DNA of 64,000 nt from Candidatus Epulonipiscium sp. Lineage in GTDB: Bacteria; Bacillota; Clostridia; Lachnospirales; JAAYNZ01. The DNA is taken from contig JAAZLH010000356.1 in NCBI GenBank assembly GCA_012799415.1, forward strand, positions 9,132 to 73,131, given 5' to 3'. Below the pieces are notes generated by a model. That model saw nothing but the letters and a program-made list of their open reading frames with translations, was not told where the DNA came from and did not search any database. Position numbers and translations under genes: made by a program. Each line of letters begins with the position of its first letter. Positions within the stretch are counted from its first letter, which is position 1. Of this stretch, positions 37,022 to 45,282 are shown one piece after another.

Positions 37022-38815
37022 TTATCTCTTTTCGATTGCTTTTGTCGGACATCTGTCAAAACAAGCTCCACATTTGATACAGGTAGCCTGGTCAATATGA
37101 TGAACCTTTTTCCGCTCTCCAGCAATGGCATCTACAGGACAAACACGTGCACATACCGTACATCCGATACATTTGGAGTCAATAATATGATACTCTAATA
37201 ATGATGTACATTGGCCCGCAGGACATCTTTTGTCTCTTACATGAGCAAGGTATTCTTCTTCAAAACTATCTAAAGTGGAAAGAATAGGATTCGGAGCCGT
37301 TTGTCCTAGACCGCATAAGGCTGTTTCTTGGATGACTACACTAAGTCTTCGCAACTCATCTAAGTGGTCTAAGGTACCATTTCCACTAGTAATCTCTTTA
37401 AGCACTTCAGCTAAACGTTTGGTTCCTACTCGACAAGGTGTACACTTACCACAAGATTCTTCTTCTGTAAACTCTAAATAAAACTTAGCTACACTAGGCA
37501 TACAATCGTCTTCGTCCATAACAATCATTCCACCAGATCCCATCATTGAGCCTTTTGCCAATAAGTTATCAAAATCAATAGGTGTATCTAAATCTTTTTC
37601 CGTTAGACACCCACCAGATGGTCCTCCTGTTTGAACAGCCTTGAATTTTTTCCCGTCTTTGATTCCTCCTCCGATATCAAAGATCACTTCTCTTAATGTA
37701 ATTCCCATAGGCACTTCAATAAGACCTACATTATTTACTTTTCCAGCAAGGGCAAATACCTTTGTACCAGCAGATTTTTCTGTTCCAATCTTGGTAAACC
37801 ATTCTGGACCTTTTAAAAGAATAATAGGAATATTTGCAAGGGTTTCTACGTTATTAACATTGGTCGGTGCTCCCCAATATCCTGCTTCAGCTGGGAATGG
37901 TGGCTTCATTGTTGGTTCTCCACGTTCCCCTTCCATAGAATGAATTAAGGCAGTTTCTTCTCCACAGACAAAAGCACCAGCACCATATTTAATATGGATG
38001 GTGAAATTAAAACCTGTACCTAGAATATTGTCTCCTAATAGGCCATATTCTTCTGCATCTTTCATTGCTTTTTGCAACCGCTGGATAGCTAAAGGATATT
38101 CTGCACGAATATACACCAATCCCTCATCTGCTCCTATAGCATATCCACAAAGAGCCATGGCTTCGATAACAGAATGAGGATCCCCTTCCAAAATAGATCT
38201 ATCCATAAAGGCACCTGGATCGCCCTCATCTGCATTACAAACTACATATTTTTTATCTGAAACAGATTTTCTAGTTAAGTCCCATTTTAGACCTGTAGGG
38301 AATCCTCCGCCCCCACGTCCTCGAAGTTTTGACTCTTTAACTACATCAATCACTTCTTCAGGTGTCATTTCTGTTAATGCCATACCAAGAGCATGGTATC
38401 CATCTCTTGCAATATATTCATCAATATTACTAGGATCAATAAAACCACAATTTCGAAGTGCAATACGCATTTGCTTTTTATAAAAATCCATATGCTTGGA
38501 ATCTTCTATAATTTCTTTTGTCATTGGATCTTGGTATAAAAGTTTTTCAACTTTTCGCCCTTTCACCAGATGCTCTTCTACAATACTACGTGCATCATCC
38601 GGTGTCACTTGTACGTAAAAAGTATTATCAGGAATAATTTTTACAACAGGCCCTTTTTCACAAAAACCAAAGCATCCTGTTTTTACAACCTGTACTTCTT
38701 CTGCCATGTTATGCTCTTCTAAACAATGGATTAAATTATTTACGATTTGGTCTGACTCGGCAGAAATACAGCCGGTTCCCCCACAAACCAAAACATGCAT
38801 TTTATAATTGGACAT
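37022..38815 (-). CDS. hndC: NuoF-like NAD(P)H/FMN-binding flavoprotein subunit of the hydrogenase
   Basis: 597 aa. Thioredoxin-like 2Fe-2S N-terminus, GRGGGGFPTG FMN/NADH site, SLBB domain, 4Fe-4S site (ESCGKCTPCR) and two C-terminal ferredoxin clusters. Confidence 0.92.
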   Translation of the reverse strand: MSNYKMHVLVCGGTGCISAESDQIVNNLIHCLEEHNMAEEVQVVKTGCFGFCEKGPVVKIIPDNTFYVQVTPDDARSIVEEHLVKGRKVEKLLYQDPMTKEIIEDSKHMDFYKKQMRIALRNCGFIDPSNIDEYIARDGYHALGMALTEMTPEEVIDVVKESKLRGRGGGGFPTGLKWDLTRKSVSDKKYVVCNADEGDPGAFMDRSILEGDPHSVIEAMALCGYAIGADEGLVYIRAEYPLAIQRLQKAMKDAEEYGLLGDNILGTGFNFTIHIKYGAGAFVCGEETALIHSMEGERGEPTMKPPFPAEAGYWGAPTNVNNVETLANIPIILLKGPEWFTKIGTEKSAGTKVFALAGKVNNVGLIEVPMGITLREVIFDIGGGIKDGKKFKAVQTGGPSGGCLTEKDLDTPIDFDNLLAKGSMMGSGGMIVMDEDDCMPSVAKFYLEFTEEESCGKCTPCRVGTKRLAEVLKEITSGNGTLDHLDELRRLSVVIQETALCGLGQTAPNPILSTLDSFEEEYLAHVRDKRCPAGQCTSLLEYHIIDSKCIGCTVCARVCPVDAIAGERKKVHHIDQATCIKCGACFDRCPTKAIEKR

Positions 38816-38832
38816 ACAACCCCTCCTACTTT

Positions 38833-39231
38833 TTAGTCTTCTATTCCCTTATGGGTAACTGGTATGATTCCGTCTAATAAGATGCCATTTTTAATATATT
38901 TTTCTATGATTGCTTCTACTTTTTCTCCATCTACTTCTCCAAATACAATAGGCTCTTTATCAGGTACACGTACTTCTACCGTAGGCTCTGCATAACAATA
39001 TCCCATACATCCTGTTTGGGTTACTACTACATTATTTAAGCCCTGTTTTGCTATTTCATCTATAAAAGTATTCATCACTGTCCTAGCTCCGGCAGCTATC
39101 CCACAAGTTGCCATCGCTACACGCACTTCTACTAAACTTTCAATATGATCTCCCTTTTCACGAATATCTACTCGATTGATCACTTGTTCACGAATCTTTT
39201 TTAGTTCTTCAAAGGATTTAATCTTTGCCAT
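38833..39231 (-). CDS. hndB: Small thioredoxin-like [2Fe-2S] ferredoxin subunit
   Basis: 132 aa with Cys pattern ATCGIAAG...GCMGYC. Sits between the NuoE-like and NuoF-like genes. Confidence 0.75.
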   Translation of the reverse strand: MAKIKSFEELKKIREQVINRVDIREKGDHIESLVEVRVAMATCGIAAGARTVMNTFIDEIAKQGLNNVVVTQTGCMGYCYAEPTVEVRVPDKEPIVFGEVDGEKVEAIIEKYIKNGILLDGIIPVTHKGIED

Positions 39232-39270
39232 AAGGATCCCCCTTGTACAATATAGTTTAATACGGATACT

Positions 39271-39762
39271 TTATTGATACTCCTTTAAAATATCTTTCAC
39301 CATTTCAGGTGTAACCCTTCCATAGACCTTTTCTCCAATCATAACTACTGGAGCTAGCCCACATGCCCCTACACAGCGTAAAGATAAGAGTGAAAACTTA
39401 CCATCTGAGCTGGTTTCGCCTACTTCCAAGTTTAGTTCTTTTTTAAACTCATCTAATACCTTTTCAGCACCACGTACATAGCAAGCTGTTCCCATACAAA
39501 TCGAAATAGGATGTTCTCCTTTAGGTTCCATTGTAAAAAATGAATAGAAACTAACAACACCATAGACTTTAGCTACTGGTATTTCTAAGCGTTTTGCAAT
39601 ATGTTGTTGCACTTCTTTTGGTAAATAACCAAAGATCTCTTGTGCTTTATGCAAAACTGCAATTAGTTCGCCTTTTGTGGATGCCAACTCATCAATAAAA
39701 TGATTTAATGCATCCCATTTTGTTTGATCTAAAGTTGCATCTGATACTACAGGTGAAGACAT
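39271..39762 (-). CDS. hndA: NuoE-like [2Fe-2S] subunit of the hydrogenase
   Basis: 163 aa with CMGTACYVRG...CVGACGLAPV, typical of NuoE/HydC. Confidence 0.9.
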   Translation of the reverse strand: MSSPVVSDATLDQTKWDALNHFIDELASTKGELIAVLHKAQEIFGYLPKEVQQHIAKRLEIPVAKVYGVVSFYSFFTMEPKGEHPISICMGTACYVRGAEKVLDEFKKELNLEVGETSSDGKFSLLSLRCVGACGLAPVVMIGEKVYGRVTPEMVKDILKEYQ

Positions 39763-39831
39763 AATGATTCCTCCTTTGGTTTTTGGGCAGTGATGATAAA
39801 ATTGCCCTCTGTCTAAAGTATATCAAGGGTT

Positions 39832-39849
39832 TTGTTAAAAGTAAAACAA
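39832..39849. promoter_or_regulatory. Candidate Rex operator upstream of the hydrogenase operon
   Basis: TTGTTAAAAGTAAAACAA compares with the Clostridial Rex consensus TTGTTAAnnnnTTAACAA (left half 7/7, right half 5/7). It overlaps a TTTACT-17-TATACT promoter-like sequence about 70-85 nt upstream of hndA. Confidence 0.4.
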
Positions 39850-39885
39850 TTAATATACTTTATACATATATTTGAACATAATAAA

Positions 39886-39927
39886 CAAAAAAAAATGAGC
39901 AAATGTGTCACATTTACTCATTTTTTG
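39886..39927 (-). terminator. Terminator of glmM
   Basis: 14-bp stem. Its single imperfection is a U-G pair on the minus strand but a C-A mismatch on the plus strand. It is followed by a U9 run. Confidence 0.9.
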
Positions 39928-40000
39928 TCCGAAGCATTCCAATGATTTCCTTGCAATTGATAAGCAAAGGCTACTTCCAATAAGAGTTGTTAAAAAATCA

Positions 40001-41347
40001 TCATGATGATAATTTTTCCTTCATCAATGTAGCTAGCTCTTCAGCCATCTCTGTTAATACTTGTTGATCTTGCCCTTCTAACATAATTCGAATCAATGGT
40101 TCTGTTCCAGAAGGGCGAATCAATATCCGCCCATCATTACTAAAAAGTTTCTCTAGCTCTTTAATAGCTTTTACAATATCAGCATCTTCAAGATAAGAAT
40201 ATTTTTTATCATTACCCACTTCTACATTCACCAATACTTGAGGATATATCTGTATGACTTGCTGTAATTGAGATAATGGCCTTTGTTTTAGCAACGTCAG
40301 AAGGTGAAGAGCAGTCATAAGACCATCTCCCGTTGTATTATGATCTAAAAAAATCATATGCCCTGATTGTTCTCCACCTAAATTATATCCGCCTTGCAAC
40401 ATTTTTTCTAATACATATCGATCTCCTACTTGAGCCTGCTCAATTATAATCCCATTTTTTTGTCCCATCTTAAATAAACCAATGTTACTCATAACAGTAG
40501 AAACAATAGTGTTATTCTTTAAAGTTCCTTGCTCTTTCATATGCAAACCACAAATGGCTAAAATATAATCTCCATCTAATACTTTTCCTTGTTCATCAAC
40601 GATTAAACAGCGATCTGCATCTCCATCTAATGCAATACCTATATCCGCCTTTGTTTCTCTTACAAATAATTGTAACTTTTCTAAGTGAGTAGATCCACAA
40701 CCATCGTTAATATTATCACCATCTGGTTCAACTCCTATCGTATGTACAGTGGCACCTAATTCCCTAAATAGCCTTGGAGCTATTTCATAAGCAGCACCAT
40801 GGGCACAATCTAAAGCAATTGTAATCCCCCTTAAATCATCTTTAATCACAGTTTTCAAAAAGGTTATATAGTCATCTTGACTTTCCCTACATTTGCTCAT
40901 GTATCCTACTTCATCCCCTATGGGACGAGGAATTTCTTCCAACCTGTTTGCTATGATGTCTTCTATTTCCTCTTCTAATTCATCTCGCAATTTATAACCA
41001 TTGCTATCGAAAATTTTAATTCCATTATATTTTGCTGGATTATGAGATGCTGAAATAACAACTCCTGCATCAGCTTTATAATATCTTGTTAAATAGGCAA
41101 CAGCCGGGGTAGGAATCACCCCTAAGGAAATCCCATGTCCTCCTACGGAACACAAGCCTGCCATAAAAGCTGCTTCTAACATATCCTTTGAACGCCTCGT
41201 ATCTGTCCCTACTAAAATCTTGGGTTGATGATGCATTTCTTTTGTTAATACATAAGCCGATGCGCGTCCTAGCTGGTAAGCTAACTCACAAGTTAACTCT
41301 TGATTTGCCACTCCACGAACTCCATCGGTACCAAATAAATTTCCCAT
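40001..41347 (-). CDS. glmM: Phosphoglucosamine mutase
   Basis: 448 aa. LFGTDGVRG N-terminus, active-site SASHNP and the Mg loop DGDADR. Confidence 0.96.
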   Translation of the reverse strand: MGNLFGTDGVRGVANQELTCELAYQLGRASAYVLTKEMHHQPKILVGTDTRRSKDMLEAAFMAGLCSVGGHGISLGVIPTPAVAYLTRYYKADAGVVISASHNPAKYNGIKIFDSNGYKLRDELEEEIEDIIANRLEEIPRPIGDEVGYMSKCRESQDDYITFLKTVIKDDLRGITIALDCAHGAAYEIAPRLFRELGATVHTIGVEPDGDNINDGCGSTHLEKLQLFVRETKADIGIALDGDADRCLIVDEQGKVLDGDYILAICGLHMKEQGTLKNNTIVSTVMSNIGLFKMGQKNGIIIEQAQVGDRYVLEKMLQGGYNLGGEQSGHMIFLDHNTTGDGLMTALHLLTLLKQRPLSQLQQVIQIYPQVLVNVEVGNDKKYSYLEDADIVKAIKELEKLFSNDGRILIRPSGTEPLIRIMLEGQDQQVLTEMAEELATLMKEKLSS

Positions 41348-41411
41348 CTATAATACTCCCTTTCCCCAAATGTGTGTCACAACAAAGTATAAAATACACC
41401 TTGTTTCAAAT

Positions 41412-41460
41412 AAACTAAGAAAATTTAGCACTTGCAAGTAAGACGAACTTTCCTAATTCA
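41412..41460. repeat. Family-2 palindromic repeat, copy 3
   Basis: AAACTAAGAAAATTTAGCACTTGCAAGTAAGACGAACTTTCCTAATTCA, between the glmM start and the HydA-like gene. Confidence 0.8.
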
Positions 41461-41468
41461 AAATAATT

Positions 41469-41527
41469 ATCTATTACATATAGCTATTTATATGCCTATT
41501 TGCATGCCTATCTGTATACCTATCTGA
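41469..41527 (+). repeat. Phased 12-bp tandem repeats upstream of the HydA-like gene
   Basis: ATGCCTATTTGC (41492), ATGCCTATCTGT (41504) and ATACCTATCTGA (41516), preceded by the weaker units ATAGCTATTTAT and TATCTATTACAT. They lie 100-160 nt upstream of the ATG at 41628. Confidence 0.7.
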
Positions 41528-41627
41528 TTATAACACTCTATGTTTTATCCTTCAATCTGTTCTCATAATTAAAAACAAACATTTTGTCTATACTACAGAT
41601 ATATGTTGTAAGAGAAAGGGGTACTTT

Positions 41628-42980
41628 ATGTCCAGTGAACGTCAAAGTAGGGAATTATTCAAAGAACTTTTAAAGGCTTATTATGAAAATGTTTTAGATG
41701 AAAAAATAGAAGATATGCTGTTAGATGAAGGACTTGATAAAATAAGTTTTAGTAAAATGATTTCTGCCTTATGTGGAGTGGAAGTAGATTATTCTGAAAA
41801 TTTTTCTAAGGATGTAAAAAAAGCAATCGAAAATTATAAAAAAAGTAATCAAGTTGTGATTTCTACTCATTCTTGTGTTAAAAATTGTATTCAGATTGAT
41901 GGTAAAACTATCTGCCAAAATGCTTGTCCCTTCGACGCTATTATAATAGAAGATGAAGAAAGTACAAAAAAAATCAATGTAGACCAATGTGTTGGGTGCG
42001 GAATTTGCATAGAATCATGTGAAAATCAAAACTTTATTGATAAAATTGAATTTTTACCTCTTGTTGAAACTTTAAAGTCCAATAAGAAAGTGATTGCTGC
42101 TGTAGCTCCTGCTATTGTAGGCCAATTTGGTGAGGATATATCCCTTGGTCAACTTAGAGCTGCCTTTAAACAAATGGGGTTTGCCGATATGGTAGAAGTG
42201 GCTTTTTTTGCTGATATGCTTACCATTAAAGAAGCAGTAGAATTTAATGCCTTAGTCTTACAAGAAAAAGACTTTATGCTTTCGTCATGCTGTTGTCCTA
42301 TATGGGTCGGGATGATTAAGGGCCGCTTTGATACACTAGTAAAACATACCTCTCCTTCTATTTCACCGATGATCGCAGCGGGGAAAGTCATGAAAAAATT
42401 AGATTCTGAATGTAAAGTAGTCTTTATAGGGCCTTGTGTGGCAAAAAAGGCCGAATCCAAGATAGAGGACCTCAAAGACGCAATTGATTATGTCCTAACT
42501 TTTACTGAATTAAAAGATATCTTCGATGTCTTACAAATAAATCTTGAAGAACTCCCCGAAATATTATCTCCTCAGTACACTTCAAAAGGCGGAAGAATCT
42601 ATGGAAAAACTGGTGGCGTCTCTCTTGCTGTTGAAGATGCTGTAAGAACTATGTTTCCTGATAAATCAAAAGTATTTAAAAGTACTCAAGCTGATGGAGT
42701 AAAGGAATGTAAAATCATGCTTGAAAATGCTCTTAATGGAAAGATCCAGGGGAATTTTTTAGAAGGAATGGGCTGTGAAGGTGGTTGTGTAGGAGGTCCC
42801 AAAAAAATTATATCCAAAGAAAGTGGTAAAGAAATGGTTCGTAAATTTGGTGAAGAATCTAAAATAAAAATATCTACAAAGAATAAAATTATGAGTGAGT
42901 TTTTACAACGGTTAAACATTAAAGACTTAGAGGATTTTCATGATAAAGAAAAAATAGCTTTATTCGAGAGAAAATTTTAG
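41628..42980 (+). CDS. Stand-alone [FeFe]-hydrogenase-like protein with divergent H-cluster motifs
   Basis: 450 aa. An unassigned segment of about 80 aa, then two Fe-S motifs (C-x3-C-x8-C-x3-CP and CVGCGICIESC), then an H-domain with SSCCCPIW (L1), GPCVAKKAE (L2) and EGMGCEGGCVGGP (L3). Confidence 0.75.
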   Translation: MSSERQSRELFKELLKAYYENVLDEKIEDMLLDEGLDKISFSKMISALCGVEVDYSENFSKDVKKAIENYKKSNQVVISTHSCVKNCIQIDGKTICQNACPFDAIIIEDEESTKKINVDQCVGCGICIESCENQNFIDKIEFLPLVETLKSNKKVIAAVAPAIVGQFGEDISLGQLRAAFKQMGFADMVEVAFFADMLTIKEAVEFNALVLQEKDFMLSSCCCPIWVGMIKGRFDTLVKHTSPSISPMIAAGKVMKKLDSECKVVFIGPCVAKKAESKIEDLKDAIDYVLTFTELKDIFDVLQINLEELPEILSPQYTSKGGRIYGKTGGVSLAVEDAVRTMFPDKSKVFKSTQADGVKECKIMLENALNGKIQGNFLEGMGCEGGCVGGPKKIISKESGKEMVRKFGEESKIKISTKNKIMSEFLQRLNIKDLEDFHDKEKIALFERKF

Positions 42981-42997
42981 TAAGAAAAAAGTAAAAA

Positions 42998-43022
42998 GAT
43001 AGACCCCACAATGGGGTCTATC
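42998..43022 (-). terminator. Terminator of cdaA-cdaR
   Basis: GATAGACCCC/GGGGTCTATC stem. A U-rich tail (UUUUUACUUUUUU) is present only on the minus strand. Confidence 0.85.
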
Positions 43023-43029
43023 CCGCTAC

Positions 43030-44280
43030 TTATTCCGTCGTTACTTCTTCTGTAACTTCTTCTTGGGCCTCTATTAACTCTACAGTAATTTCTGGTCCCT
43101 CTCCTACAATTCGAATCCCCTTTGGAAGAATCAAAGATAACTCTATGGTATGAATCCCTTTTTCATATCCACTTAGATCGATACTGGCTCGAATCGAATG
43201 GGGCTGTAATTTATAAATGTCACTTTCTAACCCTACAAGAGTAATAGGAATAGGATCTCGAGTCACAAAGCGAAATTGTAATTCTTCAGGAAGCTTTTGC
43301 ACATTAACCTCATCAATTGGAATTTGATACTCTCGTAAAATTTCTCTCTTTAATTCTACAGTTACCTTTGCCTGATCTTCACTTTCAAATATTTCAATCC
43401 CACTTGGCAGTAAAGCACGTAGATTTTGTGTAAATACTGTCGTTGTCGTTATATTACTTAAATCCAAGCCTGGAAGTAAAATTTTATCAATTTGATCAAT
43501 TTCTTTTTCTTCTCCAATCAGCGTAATCTGTGCTGGATCCACTCTAGCATCCATAATTACGTAGCCATCTGGTGGTGCCGCGTCCCAAGGAGCTATTTCA
43601 ACTGGTACCACTTTTAGCTTTTTAATTGGTACATAAACCTCTACCTGATCGACGCTTTTTTCTAGACCAAGGATTTCTTCTCCATATTGATCATAAGCAA
43701 TGGGCTCTACATAAATCAATATATCTTGTTTTTTATCAGCAACATCAACCTTTACACGAACAGAATCAATTTTTGCGATTTGAGATTTAGGACCTGTCAA
43801 TGATATGGAATTTGTTGGTTTAATAACACCTCCACGAACAACGTATCCTTCAGCCGCTTCTCCTACTAAGTCATAACTAATACTTTTCTGCACAGTGACT
43901 ACATCTTCCAGTTCCACTTTCATATGAGAAGGAGTTTTGCGAACAACAGTAAAACCATCAGGAACGATTACTTGAATCTCAATGGCACCGTATTCATTGA
44001 TCAGCTCAATATCCGCTACGGCTTTGATATCACTTGCCTTTAACTTATCTAGTCCAATTCTCTTACCGCGTACAGTAACTGAAACTGTTCTACCTTCTAA
44101 AAAATTAATGGATTTACGACGGCTAGTAATTTCTTGCTGATTTTTGACTTGCACTTCTATACCTGGAAAATCCTTTGTAGAAACAGGGTTTTCCACATTG
44201 ATCACAATAAACCATAGTAGAATTGCGCTGAATAAGGAAATCACCTTAAGACCTATATTTTCTGTGAACAATTCATTCAT
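43030..44280 (-). CDS. cdaR: CdaA regulator with YbbR-like domain repeats
   Basis: N-terminal TM followed by repeated YbbR-type beta modules. The ATG at 44280 forms ATGAATGA with the cdaA stop. The track start at 44307 is less likely. Confidence 0.88.
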   Translation of the reverse strand: MNELFTENIGLKVISLFSAILLWFIVINVENPVSTKDFPGIEVQVKNQQEITSRRKSINFLEGRTVSVTVRGKRIGLDKLKASDIKAVADIELINEYGAIEIQVIVPDGFTVVRKTPSHMKVELEDVVTVQKSISYDLVGEAAEGYVVRGGVIKPTNSISLTGPKSQIAKIDSVRVKVDVADKKQDILIYVEPIAYDQYGEEILGLEKSVDQVEVYVPIKKLKVVPVEIAPWDAAPPDGYVIMDARVDPAQITLIGEEKEIDQIDKILLPGLDLSNITTTTVFTQNLRALLPSGIEIFESEDQAKVTVELKREILREYQIPIDEVNVQKLPEELQFRFVTRDPIPITLVGLESDIYKLQPHSIRASIDLSGYEKGIHTIELSLILPKGIRIVGEGPEITVELIEAQEEVTEEVTTE

Positions 44281-45145
44281 GTTTCCTTCTACCTTTCCAT
44301 AATACAAAATTCTTTTTATCTATCTTTTTCTTAGGTATATAGGTTAATTGACCTTTTAAATAGTCTCTATTCACGTTTCGCACCAGATTGCCTCCTGAGG
44401 CAACAGAGATGGTTCCTGTTTCTTCAGATACAACAATAATAATACTATCTGATACTTCACTAAGACCCAATGCTGCTCTATGCCTAGTACCTAATTCCTT
44501 ACTCACTTCAACACTATCTGTTAACGGTAAATAACAGGTGGCAGCCCCAATTCTATTAGATCGAATAATGACCGCACCGTCATGTAAAGGCGTATTATTT
44601 TCAAAAATATTTAATAATAACTGACTTGAAATTTTACCATCAATTTGAATCCCTGTTCTTTCATATTCTCCTAATTTTACATCTTGTTCAATAGCAATTA
44701 AAGCTCCTGTTTTTGTTTTAGCCATTTCTTCAACGGCTTTAATAATAGCCTCTACAGATTGGGTGGAAACCCTTTCTTGCTGTCGATCCCGATAATCTTC
44801 AAGGGTAAATAATGAGGATACAAAGTTACCTCTCCCCAATTGTTCCAAGGCCCTTCTAAGTTCTGGTTGAAATACAATAATAACCGCAATAATTCCAACA
44901 GAAATTGTATTTGTAATAATCCATAGAATCGTATTTAATTGAAAGAATAAAGCAAAGACCCACATTAAAAAAATAACCAATATACCTTTAAATAAAGTCC
45001 AAGCTCTTGTATCTTGAATCCATGAAATTAATCGATAGATTAAAAAAGCAATAATGAAAATTTCAATAATATCTTTTATACCTATATGGGGTATTTCTAT
45101 TGCTGTAAATTTAATTTGATCAAGTATTTGCTTTAGTGTCTCCAA
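44273..45145 (-). CDS. cdaA: Diadenylate cyclase (membrane-anchored, DisA_N domain)
   Basis: 290 aa. Three N-terminal TM segments, DGAVII and TRHRAALG motifs of the DAC domain. Confidence 0.94.
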   Translation of the reverse strand: METLKQILDQIKFTAIEIPHIGIKDIIEIFIIAFLIYRLISWIQDTRAWTLFKGILVIFLMWVFALFFQLNTILWIITNTISVGIIAVIIVFQPELRRALEQLGRGNFVSSLFTLEDYRDRQQERVSTQSVEAIIKAVEEMAKTKTGALIAIEQDVKLGEYERTGIQIDGKISSQLLLNIFENNTPLHDGAVIIRSNRIGAATCYLPLTDSVEVSKELGTRHRAALGLSEVSDSIIIVVSEETGTISVASGGNLVRNVNRDYLKGQLTYIPKKKIDKKNFVLWKGRRKHE

Positions 45146-45242
45146 ATTTTACACCTCTTTATCCTGTCCTTACTACTATTATATCATGGTTATTACAATT
45201 TTGGTATTCTTTCGTTATCTAAGTTACAAGAAAAATGAAAAA

Positions 45243-45280
45243 AGAAATAAACCACTATTAGCTATAGTGGTTTATTTCTC
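45243..45280 (-). terminator. Terminator upstream of cdaA
   Basis: 16-bp stem AGAAATAAACCACTAT/ATAGTGGTTTATTTCT followed by UUUUUCAUUUUU on the minus strand. Confidence 0.9.
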
Positions 45281-45282
45281 TT

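Noticed and set aside
39948-39980. CCTTGCAATTGATAAGCAAAGG hairpin downstream of glmM, considered as a fifth family-2 copy
   Set aside because: Only the inner CCTTGCAA..GCAA(A)GG resembles the family, and the characteristic outer arms CTAGGAAAGTT/AACTTTCCTAG are missing.
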